Shown: positions 29,231-42,549 of the stretch, one piece after another
Position numbering within the stretch: the first letter of the stretch is position 1
Layout: each line of letters starts with the position of its first letter
DNA from: the human T2T-CHM13v2.0 reference genome, Homo sapiens
DNA: 64,000 nucleotides
Strand: one strand, 5' to 3'
Assembly: GCF_009914755.1 (NCBI RefSeq)
Contig: NC_060930.1
The notes under the pieces: generated by a model
What the model saw: the letters and a program-made list of their open reading frames with translations, nothing else
What the model was told of the DNA's origin: nothing
The model's database searches: none
Program-made: the position numbers and the translations under genes

Positions 29231-31042
29231 CTTGGTAACTCCTTCCAGAATCAATTAGGATAAATGTTGTATGTAGTTTGGGGATTAGAGAGTACAGAAT
29301 TGCTGACTTTTCCACTTCCTAGTTCTTTTATTTAGAATAGTTATTTAAATTTCGTGACGTTCAATTTCCTTCATGCATAAAATTATGAAGTAAGGTTTCT
29401 TCCCTACAAAAATAGCCTCCACTGCTTCTTCCTATGGTGTTACCACTTGTTTCCAGCTATTAGTAGAGACAGTGTAGTTTACTTATAAAGAAAAATCACA
29501 AGTCCTAATTGTTTACAAAGTTATAAACAGCTTTTTTAGAATTTTGCTCCTTTTTTCCAAAATAAACCTTTCAACTTTAGTTTCAGGAGTACTCTCAGGG
29601 ACATTGTTACATTAATACAAGTGTCTTGGCATGCTCAGAAGTAATATGAAAAGAGAATGAGAGAGGTTTGAATATTAGCAAATCTTGAGATCAGAAAATA
29701 TGATTTTTAGTGGGTTGGTTAGCATCTATTTATCAACAATGACTAGTTTACAAAAGGTAGACTCTAGTAACTCAAATCGTAATGCACTAAAAACAAAGAT
29801 CTGAAAGAATCTATAATTGTAGAGGTTAACAGTTAGAACCTTGAAATATTGATTAGTCAATAAAGAAATCTGAATAGCTGTGTTTCAAACAACTTTCAGG
29901 GACAAAAGTTTTGAGTTCACTTTGTCTATGAATTTTTATCACATTCATAAAAATGTTATGAATACAAAACAATTCAACAAATAATAATTAGGCATACTGT
30001 TTTCCATGAAACACCTAACTGAAGTAATTGAGGTTAAGACCTACCCCAAAGCAATTTATTTTTAAAATATAATTCTAGGATGATTTCTCATTGAAAACAT
30101 ATGTGCCTCATATTATGTCACAGAAAATTTTCTATATTAATTAGTTTCAAATAGATGAATATGAAAATGATGATAGAAAAATTTGTAATTTTTATAGTTC
30201 ATTCACAATCTTCAGGTATGATTTGAATAAGCTATATTTAAAGCAAAAAAGTTTGATAAAATAAATATAAAATAAGTTACATTAAAATGAAGTGTTTAGG
30301 CTGAGAAGATTGAAAATATCCAAAATATTTTCCAAAATATTTACTCTAAATGATCATCAATATTAGCTTTGTACTCCCTGGCAATATGTATAAGATGATA
30401 AGAACAGGTAAAGCCATGTATATTTCTGCCAGACGTGTATTTTAGAAACATATGCCAAGATGGAGAAAATGAGTAACATCCACACAAATGTCTAATCTAT
30501 GCCTTAAATAAATTGTCTATCCTCAGGAATTTTAATAAATAGATTCAGAGCTTACATTTCTTTCTTCGCTTTTCATATTAGTAATAATTCACCCTAGTCT
30601 CACAATATTATCAGCAAACCCATAGCAATAGAATAGCAATGGTTATCATCCTGTGATTTTTCAACTTCCATAAGATTAAAAATAAAAACCTTCCAAATCT
30701 TGTCACATTATAGATAGAATCACGTAGACAATTTATTTTCAAGTTTATTTAAATTTCTTCTTATATAAGCTTTTGATTGGCGAAGGCTCACAACTCTTTA
30801 CCAATTTATTCTCAAGCACTAAATTCAACAAGAGGCAGAGTTACATTAATATTGTCCTATTTCAACTAATTTATTATTTCTTGTGACATAGAAGTTATGT
30901 TAGCATACTAGTGAATATAGAAGCCAGCATAAATTATAGATGTATGAAATAACAGGAAGGCCAGTTTCTTTACGACAAAGACAAGAGAAGCACTGTATTC
31001 AGTATGCTAAGTTTACAAGCACCCTTTGTTCATTCTCACTTC

Positions 31043-31553
31043 TTGATAGATACATTACAAAGAGCCACAAATCTTTACTCTCATTTTTTTCTACCATATT
31101 CTTTTAATTTGATGTTGCAGTTTTTTCATCATGAGATGGAGTTGACCCACTTATGTATAGGCTGGATTTGTGATTTTTCTTTTAACTATAAAATGAAGCA
31201 GACATGATAGGGAACCAGTCTGAAATAGGCCTTAAGATGTGTTATATATTTCCCATCTCTCTTTTGGAATTCAGCTACTACCATGTGAATAAGCCCAGGT
31301 ACTTGCATGATGAAGAGACACATGGCACAGTTGTCCTTGTCTCGCAAACCTGGCCACTGTTATATATGTGAGTGAGACCACTCTAGACCTATCAACCTTG
31401 AGCTGACTATCCAGCTAACTGCAGGACATTAAGGAGCCCAACACAGACCAGACAAAACTGGCTCAGCAAGAATCATGAGCTAAGTGAATATTCGTTTTTT
31501 TAAAGTCATTATGTTTTGGGATAGTTTTTATATAGGTACAGCTAAATGAAGCA
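31043..31553 (+). mobile_element. MaLR solo LTR (MLT1H-like)
   Basis: ccacaaatcttt...ggccttaaga...ccatgtgaataagcccagg...gtgagtgagacc...agaatcatgagc...ttttggg...tacagctaa. Confidence 0.7.
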
Positions 31554-32515
31554 TAGATCTTTTCCATATTTTTGTAACAGTGGAAAGATATAAAATATTT
31601 TATTTGGATTTAGAGGCTGTTTAGAATAGTGATAACCACACTTGACTCTCTACTAAATTTGGTTAAGTATGTTATAAAATAGTTTATTGAACCACAACTC
31701 AAGTTGGAAGTTTCTCTCTAATGCCAGTAGTTAGCAAGAACTGATAATAGAATAACATCATCATCATCTGTATAAGAACATTTTGTGTTTAATCACTGGA
31801 AGATGTTAAAGGGAAGTTTAGGAAAATACATTCTAGTATGTGCATTCTACCAACTAAGTAATGTGTTGAACAACTGAAGGTTTTAGAAAACCACATTTTT
31901 TTAAAATACAGAGGCTAAAATTATCCACATATTATCCTTCATGTCTTCAGGTGAAATAGTTTTAATTATTTTTATTTTATATTTTAATTATAGATGTGAA
32001 ATCATTAAGATCCTTGCTTTTGTTTATTTTTATCAGTAAAAATGATGGTATTTGTTATTGATAATTCTAGCTATAAATTAAATGTGGCATGGTGTCTATC
32101 TTTAAAATCTGTTTCTTGTTACATCTTACAATTAATATTCATTTAAAACATAGTTCTCAGATGTGAGTATTTTAGCTCTGAAGAGTAAAGTGTAAACATA
32201 AATATTATTATACACGTTTGGATGCTATATTTTCATAAATGAAACCTGTAATTGTTTGTTTTCTGTCACACTAAGCCCAAAACTTCCAGGAAAAAGTATT
32301 CCATCCCTATGTTTGAGAATCATTTTTTTTCACAGTCATTTATTGTGTAAGGATTGAGAAAATCCTGAGATATCTAAGGAACCTTAGATACTCTTGGGCT
32401 TTAAGAAGAAATAAACCTCTTGTTCACCTTTTTAGAATAATTTTCATCTCTGTCATTCAGCTGAAGATAAGAACTTGCCACAGATATCAGCAATCCTAAA
32501 TATCTAGAAAATATG

Positions 32516-32760
<245 letters not shown>

Positions 32761-34059
32761 TAACTAGCTGTAAAATGTAATAAAAACCACTTCACAGTGG
32801 TAAAATCTATGTAAACAGTGATATTCTATATAATATGTAGAAAATATTTATTAAAATATGTAAAATATATTTTTTAAAACAGAAAGATTCAAGTATGTAA
32901 ATATATATAATCTCATGAAGATGGCAGTATCCACAATATAAGCTTACATTATCTATAAATTGAACTATACACATTTAATTGGATTCTATTAATAATCATA
33001 AAAGATAGACCATAAAAAGTTTATTCTATATTTTGCATTAAAGAGAAATTCTCAAGAGTAGCTAAGACATTCTTGAAGAAAATGAAAATTAAAAAAAAAA
33101 GTTTTGGCAATAAAAGTTGACATGAATTAACTCAAATTTGCCAATTAAGATTATTAGAGGATCTGTATGACATTGTCTTCCAGCAAGAGAAGTTTATTAC
33201 TTTCAATATTAGAAGCCAACTAGGAAAGGGGCAGACTACCTTATACAATCTAAAATTAAATTTATTCAAAGCTAGACATAAGTGTTTGTGAAAATATTAG
33301 TGTTTCCAATTTACCACTACTACATTTGTTTACCATTCTTGAATCCTAACTAAAAACCGGACTTTCACTCCTTAGTTGGCTATAAGAACCACTTTCTGTC
33401 CATCCTTTTAAAATTCAAATTGAGGACTATCAACCATATAAGTCAAAATTTGATTAGACATGTGTAACTACTAGTAATGATATAAAATAATCATGTAAGA
33501 ATCTTGTCCTTATACAATTAACTTAATTGAAGGCTACAAATGTATCATCCATGATTTGATTGCAAATGTACAATTGCTAAGTGTGAAATGAAATAATTTT
33601 GTGAGTGATTTGTGGCTGCACAATTTTGGGGGGTAATTAGTTTATACAAAGCTATTGGTTTAGATATGATTGTAGGTCTGCAGGCATAAAAGATGATTGT
33701 TAGCTGAAAAATAGAAAACTGAACTAGAATTTGTGAAGATCATCTGGAATCCACAAAGATGAACTTAAACTCACATTAGTCTCACTATTGCTATCCCTCC
33801 AGGAAAAGTTGGTAGCTTTCATTATTGAGCTGTATATACAGCAGACCCAATAATTGGGGGAACGGAAGTAGTACATCCAGTAGTGTATGAAGGAGCTGTG
33901 GGCCAAGTTCATCCCTCTTAACAAAAAGGTGAGTGAACAAATCCATGATAAAGTGCATAAACAGCAAACAGTGTTTAATGTCTCTTCTCAGATAACCCCA
34001 TTTTTCTAATTTTTAAAATATTGCAATTGTTTTACAATCTCAATAGAAGCTACCTCTTT

Positions 34060-34935
34060 CTTAAATCACTGCAATAACTTCCTAACTCTTCGTCTCACAT
34101 CTTATTTTGCTCCCTTAGATTCAACCTCTTCCAAACAAACACTGATTTTAAATCTAATTCTGTAGGTCTCTAGAAAGTCACAGTGTTTCAGCCTTGGCGC
34201 TATTGACATTTTAATCCAGATAATTCTGTGTTTTGGAAGCTCTGTCTTGTGCAATGCAGCATATTTAGCAGCATCTCTGCCCTCTAGCCAGGGAATGCCA
34301 ATAGTATCTTTCCGCGTATAAGGTATTCAATGTTTCTAGTTTTTGCCAAATCTTTTCTGGGGGCAAAATCGTCCTCACTGAGAACCACTATCCTAGGTCA
34401 AAATCATTCAATGTTTACGTTATCGTTAGGGAAATATCCAGAATCTTTAACATACTTTAGAAGGCTGCATTACAAGCTGTTTACCTATCTCTTCTGCCTC
34501 TGTCACCATATTTAGACTCTTGGGTTGACTGTAATGTAGTTTTACCTTCTTCTTTAGGTTCCCAGAATGCACCAATAACTTTTCCTTCTCAAGGAGTTTG
34601 CACATGCTATAGTTTCTAAACATTGCCCTCCTCTTCACCTTGCTAACAGTTATGCCTCAGGTTCCAGCTTTAATGTCGTATTTTTGTGGAAGACTTCTAT
34701 TAATAGAAACACACAGATTAGATTAAGCCTTCCACTGAAGCCTTCGCTCACTCTATGCTTGTGTTTTGGATCATTAGTCACAACTAGACATAGTAAATTA
34801 AAAATAACTATTTTAATGTTTGTCTTACCTTATATTCTACTGACATCAGCTCCAAAGAAGCAAGGATGATGTCTTTCTTTTATTCCTAGAGCCTGGCACA
34901 TTGCTGGTGCTCAATAATTAATTTTTGAGTAAATG
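34060..34935 (+). mobile_element. L2 3' region interrupted by MER20
   Basis: actgcaataacttcctaact..., tttgcacatgct..., ctagagcctggcacattgctggtgctcaataatt...gagtaaatg (L2 tail). Confidence 0.7.
34180..34389 (-). mobile_element. MER20 (hAT-Charlie)
   Basis: ggcgctattgacatttt...gataattct...tttagcagcatctctg...ctgggggcaaaatc...tgagaaccact is the antisense of MER20. Confidence 0.85.
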
Positions 34936-36599
34936 TATTTTAAAAATACTCAGTTGAGAACACACCTGCATTCAACTGAGAAAACTTCTCAAATAATTTT
35001 TGGAAACAGATAAAAGTGTAAACATTAAGCCATCTCTTCTCCCACTACAGATAAACCGTACTTATATCTAGATCCTTGATGATGTAAATTATCCCTGTGT
35101 TTTAGTAACTTTTCTCATTGAGGTAATTACCACCATGGTTCTCAATTCCGTACATGTGCCAAATCCAACAAATCTCTAGTATATGGAAAATATCCTGTGC
35201 AAAAATATCATAGGCCAGTTTTTAAAAATTAAGATTTTTAGCTTTTTAATGCTTTTTGCCAGTTGAAAATTTTAATTCTCCATCTCTTCATCTCAGTCTT
35301 TCACATATTTATTGAAATGTCTACCGGCAGTATCTAATTCAATAGCCTGCCGGTGATCCTATGGTGCTCTTATTTCTCCATACGTTATTCAAGTCCATTG
35401 GAATGTATCCATTTTATATCAGTCCCTAGACAGTTCACCATCTCTTGGCTCCTTCTGAGATATCTATGTCTTAATTTTGAAGCACCTGTTACTTCAGAAC
35501 CAAAACTATATAGCACATTTGCATAGATTACTTCCCCGTCTTTCTCAGTGGTATCCTGCAGCCTGAATAACTATGTGGCAGTAGATGTGCAGTGTAGCAT
35601 GAAAACACACCTGTTATTGTTCTTTTCAACCAATGCGGCTAAGAAACTTAGCCCCACTGTAAAAAAAATGCTTCTCGAACTCTAACAGCAATTATTCTGG
35701 CATATGCTGATAGAACAGCATGTGGCAAAGGCAAGCAAAGTTCCTAGGCCTCACTGGGAGCTGTTAATGGAGTTCCCAGGAGAGAGGACTGGAGATCATT
35801 GATGTGCATGTGCAATACATCAATTGAAATCTCTGCAGAATCATGGAGAAATCCAGAATTATCATTTTTTGCTCTAGACTTAGTTGTGACTAAATATGCT
35901 TCCTTTATGTTTAAAAAGTAAAGGCACAGTCTTTTCTCCTATTAACGTGCTTATACACAAGTAAAACCTATTATCTGGGCTCAATAGTGGAGCATTAACA
36001 TTTCATTTTTCTTTATTTTTAGAAAAAAATTATTGTTATAAAATGAATGGTTATGAAGTGGTAATACAGCATAATGATAATCCCTCCAGAATGTTTTAGT
36101 GTGTCATCCTAGTGAGTACTCTATGAAAGTTTCCTTAAAGATAAGCGAATCACACCACAGAGTCAAGGAGTACATAATGGCACGCATTATTTGTTCTCCA
36201 CCTCATCTCCAACACCTTTCTGATTTTTGTATTTCTGTTATGTTACAAACATGATCTCAGGCATCAACTGAGCCATCTTTTCAACAGATAGTTCTTAAGA
36301 ATTTGATGCCATACTCTATGAATAAACAGTCTTATATGGTAGAACTCCTTTAAAATCTACTTGGGTAGATGGATGATCCAAATCCTTTTCTGTTCCATGA
36401 TAGTTATGGGCTAATTCTTTCTAGAATAGTGTGGGATCTTCAAAACTGAGAATTACTGGACATTATTCTTCACATCACTCCTTAACATCTCCTAACATAT
36501 TTGCAAGATTTAAATAAATTCTGTCCTACAACAGCACTATTATAATGTTACCTTTTCAAAATACATCATAGTTTTAGAAGGAATTATCAAGATGTACAC

Positions 36600-37008
36600 A
36601 AATTCCCTTGGCCTTATGATATCTGTGAACACCAGTCTCATTCCCAAAGGCCAGTTTATTTATTTCTCTGCCTGACAACTTTCTCTGCACTGAAGCCACT
36701 TTCTCACTCATGTAGCAGAATAGAATGCTTGGGAATTAATGCTCAAATTCAGCCTCCAACTGATATTTGACAAGAGCTATTGTTTAAATATTCCTGCCTG
36801 TCACCTGTAGGTGACATAACTCTGGCAGGTTTTTCCTTGTAGTGTTAACCTTCGATAGCCTTCAGCATTATTGGATTGATAAAGCATTTATGTTAGTTTC
36901 TTTCTTTAACTTACTTTCCCATACCCCTGTGGGTTTATCCTTCACCTTCCAAATAACTACTTTTAGTAGAATCATTGTCTCAGAGCCTGTTTCTTGGGAA
37001 CCCTATAG
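36600..37008 (+). mobile_element. ERVL LTR16-like relic
   Basis: tgcttgggaattaatgc...caccttccaaataactact...tgtctcagagcctgtttcttgggaaccc. Confidence 0.55.
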
Positions 37009-38037
37009 TAGTTTTTTTTCAGTTGGAGTTTAGAGCCTGAATGCATTCAGAGCTGAAATGATTTTGGAAAGTTAGCAATTAATTCAACATTTTAGGAGTG
37101 GAAATGTTTCTGCTTATGTCATTACTTTCTCACTGTCTCAGGGATAGAAATAGCATCCTCTCTGACATTTCTAAATATGAATTACAATGATGCATATCTC
37201 AATCTTTCTAAATCAGGAAAGTTACAGTGTCAATCATTTGATCATATGTCTTCTTTAGTCCCATCCCTTGTGCTTTCATCAAGGAAGTATGATAATATTT
37301 TATTCTTTTTATAGAAAAAATGGTGGAAGATAAAACATTTATTTTCACATTTTCAAAATGAAGTATCTTGAGCTTGGCTTGTCTGCTTTCTGTCTTCAGA
37401 GGTAGTGAAATGCAATCACTCCAGAAACTACATGACAAAGGCTGAGGTAATGCTTATTTTCTAACTGGAGATTTATACATTATAATATGTGGAGCCTTAT
37501 TTAACTTAGTGAGAAAAAGTAATACAGGATTTCAAGAACTGTTTTTACCTTGGCAAATGCAATTCCTTATTTAAAATTATGTGCATATATTTAGAAGTTT
37601 CACAACTTTTAAGCTATGGAATATTAGAAAGGATATCTAATAAAATAGAAATCTGAGGAAACAGATTTTCTATTTTCTCATTTTTTATTTGACAGAGAAA
37701 GAAATTGAAGCCAGTTAATTTAAATAAACTTCTCACAGGAACACAACATCCCCAATCCCCAAAATAGTTAAGAAGATATTGTCATATCCTTAATCCCAAT
37801 ATCCTAACTATTGGATTTTATTCTCAATTCTTTATTCATGCTTTTTTTATGACTTCCTTAATTTTCTTTCAAATCTTTGTCTGTCTCTGGTATCTTTTAT
37901 CTCTCTCAAGGCTTATTTGTTCCACAAATGCTCCTAAATTCAGCTATTAACTATGCAAAGGGTATCTTCTCTATTAATAGTCCCTTAATGCATTTTCCCT
38001 CTTCCTCACTCCTTCCTTTCTCACCCCCTCTTTCTTG

Positions 38038-38078
38038 CACACATGTGCACACACACACATACACACACACGCACACAC
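38038..38078. repeat. (CA)n microsatellite, interrupted
   Basis: Direct reading. Confidence 0.85.
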
Positions 38079-38249
38079 TTCTGCATGGATCTTGTTGAGT
38101 CCTCAATTATGACCAGTTGAATTTAAAAGCTGTCCCATTTATAATGGAATCCCACTGTATTCTTAATTTTGAATATCATAGATTTTTAACAGCATACATC
38201 TTCCTCAAATTCTTTGCAGCACTTTTCATATGTTCATAAGTGATATGAT

Positions 38250-38587
38250 GAAACTAACATTTCTCTTCTCTCTTTGGTTATTTCTGTCAGCAAATCTTTG
38301 ACTTCTTTCTTTCATTAGTAAAAATTACAATACTTGATACATTAATGTACTTTCAAAATCAGAGTTACTAAATACAAGTTTCTTCATTACTTATGGAAAA
38401 ATCTAATGTAGATATTGAAATTTGTTAATGCTCAGAAACAATATTATAAAAGGAACATCTCTCTTTGATTATATCTTCCTGCAATTCCTCAACTTCTTTT
38501 ATAGTAAAATTTACAGCACTTGGGGCTTAAATGCAACTTCAATTCATAGTTCTTCATTACTTGTGGAAAAATCTAATGGAGATGCTG
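38250..38587 (+). repeat. Diverged local tandem duplication, period ~170-200 bp
   Basis: 38380-38413 vs 38550-38583 are 32/34 identical, with weaker similarity extending upstream in both copies. Confidence 0.75.
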
Positions 38588-40197
38588 GTTGAGTGTTTTT
38601 TTCTGGGAAATTTTTCTTCAAGCTGTTACTAAGGTATCGAGACTCATTCCATTTTAGGACGCTGCCCTATTCAACGTATTACCTCCTTGGTAACTAAAAA
38701 AGGTAAACAGCAGTGGGGAATGTACACAAGATATTTAATCTCTTCACAGCAGTGTCATACACCATTTCTATTTTATTCTATTGTCTAGAAATAGTTATAT
38801 TCTTTCATAATTCCCTCTTTCTAGAGTCAACACTATAATATGAAATAGAACAAAAATCTTTGAGGTCATCTGCGTTTCACTGCAAAAATCTCTTTCTTTT
38901 TTTTAATTAAAAAATTAGTTTAGCTGTGTAAACTTAAATAAGTTAAAATATTCAAATAAAATCTATTGCAACATTTAAGAAATTAATTTGTGCTCTAAGA
39001 TATTGCATACAGAACTATATAAATCCTCTGATGAAAAATATCCTTGATTTATGGTGTAACTGGTTTTGTTTCTTATTGGAGGAAAAAGTGAGAAATGATC
39101 CTTGAGAAGAATTGTGGCACAGTGAAGAGAAGCAAAATTTAATTTGTTATTTTGTAGGATGGTTGGAGAATTGTGTGTTCCAGTTCTTCTTACATAAATC
39201 TTCTAGTATTTTTAAAAATCTATTGGTGTTCAGTATCTGAATCAGTATATGTATAACGTTTCAGCACCATACGCTCATCTAGAAAATGAGATTTAAGGAT
39301 CCCAAATTGTCCAACACTACGAAAGACAAACACAGTGTGTGCCCTTGCATATCACTGGGGATCATCACAGTCTATTAATCTGGCAGATAGTTCATCAGTT
39401 ATGCCTCTTGTTCTCTTCTGAGATGCCACATCTATAATGCAAATATGTGTGCTCATATTCAAGCTTATCTCCATCCTATAGTTTATTTTTCTTAATTCAG
39501 CATTACTCTATGCCTCTGATTTTAGGTGAGAAACACTTTCAGCTTTGGAACATATTAATTCCATTTAGATAATATTTATATTGTAAAAAATGGGTTTGAC
39601 CTATGCTATTTATTCCCAAGGAGATGTGAGCATACTAGCAAGGAGTGGGGTCACATTTCAGATGAAACCATAGCATTTACAATGGGCATTAGAAAAGTCA
39701 GTGATCATTAAGGTGTTGATTTGGCAACAAAGTCAAGAAGAGGTGATAAGCTCTGTAGAAATAACTCACATCCCTTCTAGAGATAAATATTTAATAATGT
39801 CTTAAAAATATAGAAAGCTTCTTTCCCCCAACATGGTATTGTTCTGAATGGACTAATCACACATAGACAGGAGCCCAAGTTTACAGTGGGCAAGACCTCG
39901 TAAAGACATCAACTCCCAGATAGTTTATAATCTATTGGCACAAACATCTCAGTGACACTTAGTTACTAATACAGAATTTAACTCTGTCCAAGAAAGCTCA
40001 CAAAAGAATCACTGTGGAAGATCATTTTCTATAACATGAGCAACTGGTATTGAGGATCATTAAAATTAGAAGGGAGAGTAGGGACTAGAGCATTCTGAGA
40101 AAAAAAAAAAAAGCTTGTATGAAATACTCATTTACTGAAAAAAGACACTTTTATATTTGATTTAAATTATTTTTACAAGTATGGGTTGAAAAAGACC

Positions 40198-40577
40198 TGT
40201 TGTAGTCTGTTTTAGCTGTGGTAACAACATACCATAGATTGAGTGACTAATAAAAAATAAATGTTGATTTCTTACAGATCTGCAGGCTTGCAGTCTGAAA
40301 TCAGGATGCAATCACAGTTGTGTTCTAGGGTGTGTTCTAGGGTATGTTCTCTTTCCAGGTTGCAGACTGTTCACTGCTTGTTGTATATTTCAATAGCAGA
40401 AAAAGTAAGAGCACTTTATGTGATTCCTTTTATAAGGGTGCTAGTCCCATTCATGAGGGCTCCACCTTGATTACTTAATTACCTACCAAAGGCCCCGCAT
40501 CCTAATACTATCATCACATTGAAATTTAAGATTTAAATGTATGAATTCTGTGAGGCACAAACATTCAATCCATTGCA
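40198..40577 (-). mobile_element. MaLR solo LTR (MLT1A-like)
   Basis: gctgtggtaacaacataccatagattgagtgact...ttttataagggtgctagtcccattcatgagggctccacc...aaacattcaatccattgca. Confidence 0.88.
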
Positions 40578-41264
40578 AGGCCCAGCACTCAGACAACTGC
40601 CTTTCTGTGTTAATTATGGAAATGCAAAGCATGGCTGGGAATTGGAAATGCTTCCAATATACCTGAAATATATATTTAAGTATGTAACATAAATTTAAAA
40701 GGTCCTTACACTGCATTAAAACCTCGACAGCATCTTTCTTCATTAAGTGTTTTTGTTTGTTTTGTTTCTGTGGTTCACATAAAAAATTAGAAAACAATTT
40801 TCCCCTATGCTCCCCACCCAGCATATCTTTTAAAAAAAGTGATTTTAAATTTAAATTTATACCTACCAAGTAGAGAGATATTCATATTATTTACAAAGCC
40901 CCACAGTAGAAAATCCATTCAGGCCTCCCCAGTGATGGAGGAAAAGGATAGAAAATTGTGTGGAAGACGAAGGACAGAAAATCGGTTCCTTGGTATTGAG
41001 TCCAGCTAAGCGTACTCCAAAGTTGTTGGTTTTTTTTTTTTTTTCTTCCCACTTCTTTAGCACTAAACCACCTCAACTATTCTGGCCTGGAGCAAAAATT
41101 CCTGGGGAAGTCTGACCACCAGTCTTTGGAAGTCCATTTCAATAAGGCCATCAATAGTTTCTTCTAAAAGGCTTTTCTATGTTTTTTCTTGGTATTATCA
41201 CAGTCCTCTTTCAATTCTTTGAGAAGAGAAGTCACCCAGTTAGGTTTCCTATCCAATCCTACCC

Positions 41265-41290
41265 AACAACAACAACAACAACAACAACAA
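41265..41290. repeat. (AAC)n microsatellite
   Basis: Direct reading. Confidence 0.9.
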
Positions 41291-42549
41291 AAAGGTGAGA
41301 GGTAGATACATGGCCATCTGCAAAGACCACCAGCTGCTGATATTCTTCATGGGCAAGGTCCTCTTGAAGGCATAGCTGCAGTGAGGAACTTGCACAGTCC
41401 CAGAATCTTTTACAGCAGCGTAAAGGAGGTCAGTTCAGTACCTGAAAATAAGCTCATCTTGATTTTCCTCATGATAAGTCCATGTTTGCTGTATACAAGC
41501 CTCAATTTCCTCTTGTAATGACCTATGTATCACTCCCTAATCTACGGCTGTCCTTTCAATGTAATTGTCTTCTCACTGAGCAGAGCTAACATGTTGTCCT
41601 ACTTGTACTACAGCAGTTGGATTTTACTCTGCCTCACCATAGTCCCAAGCAGCTTGCCAATCTTGTGGCTAGACACTTGGTGACCCCAAATCGTTGGGCC
41701 CTTAGTTGTTGGAATAAATGGGAACAATTTTATTTTTTCAACTTTATTTTTGTTAAGACTATTTATTTGCCTAGATGGCTTGATAACACTTTTGGGTGAT
41801 GGCTGAGGGGTCTATATGCAAAATTAAGTCAAAAGCCCCTTGGTTATTTTACATTTAAACCTCAGTGTGAATTCAGAGAGCTCATTGGTTATGATATGAG
41901 ATGGGGATATTTGGCAGTTTACCTTGCTTTGCTTTACCTAGAATCCTCTCACAACTCTGTCTTGTTCATGGTTATTGACCTTTCAATTTTTCATATACCT
42001 CTATTACTTTTCTTTTTGTATTGTCTTCTCTGATTTCTTTATTCACTCATTTGCTAAATAAATTTTACTCTTAGAAAAATTCCTTTCTTTATCTACAAAG
42101 CTACTTTCAATTATCTCATTCATTCTAGTGGTTTTTACTGTTACTTATATGGATGGATCACAGATCAAAATACTAATCCTTAATGATCTACAAAGTCTCA
42201 GTGCTGTAATCACAATTTGTTACTGGAAAATTTTACCTGAATGCAAACCATGTTTTAAATAACAACCAAATTTATAATTTTTCAATAACAACCAAAATTA
42301 TAATTTTTTTCAAAATAATCTTATTCACTGAAGTTTTATTAATATTCAAACACAGTTTCAAATACTTCAGCTTCTTTTTATATTTTTTAGTCTAAGGACT
42401 ATAGATTTTTCCTTAAGAACAGCTATCCCACATGTCCTGTGATTTATCTTCTCATCATCACTATCCTAGATGATACCTACAGAGCACCCTGAAAGAATGT
42501 TGCAACTGCTTCTAAACTTCTGTTTTTCCAATGACAAACAGTAGATCAT

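Noticed and set aside
33724-33924. 66-aa minus-strand ORF in unique DNA
   Set aside because: Non-ATG start, no homology I recognise; the stronger splice signals are on the opposite strand.
40870-41900. Moderately GC-richer stretch as a possible processed pseudogene or exon (minus-strand acceptor near 41442)
   Set aside because: Early stops in all three frames after the acceptor; no poly-A/TSD or recognisable homology.
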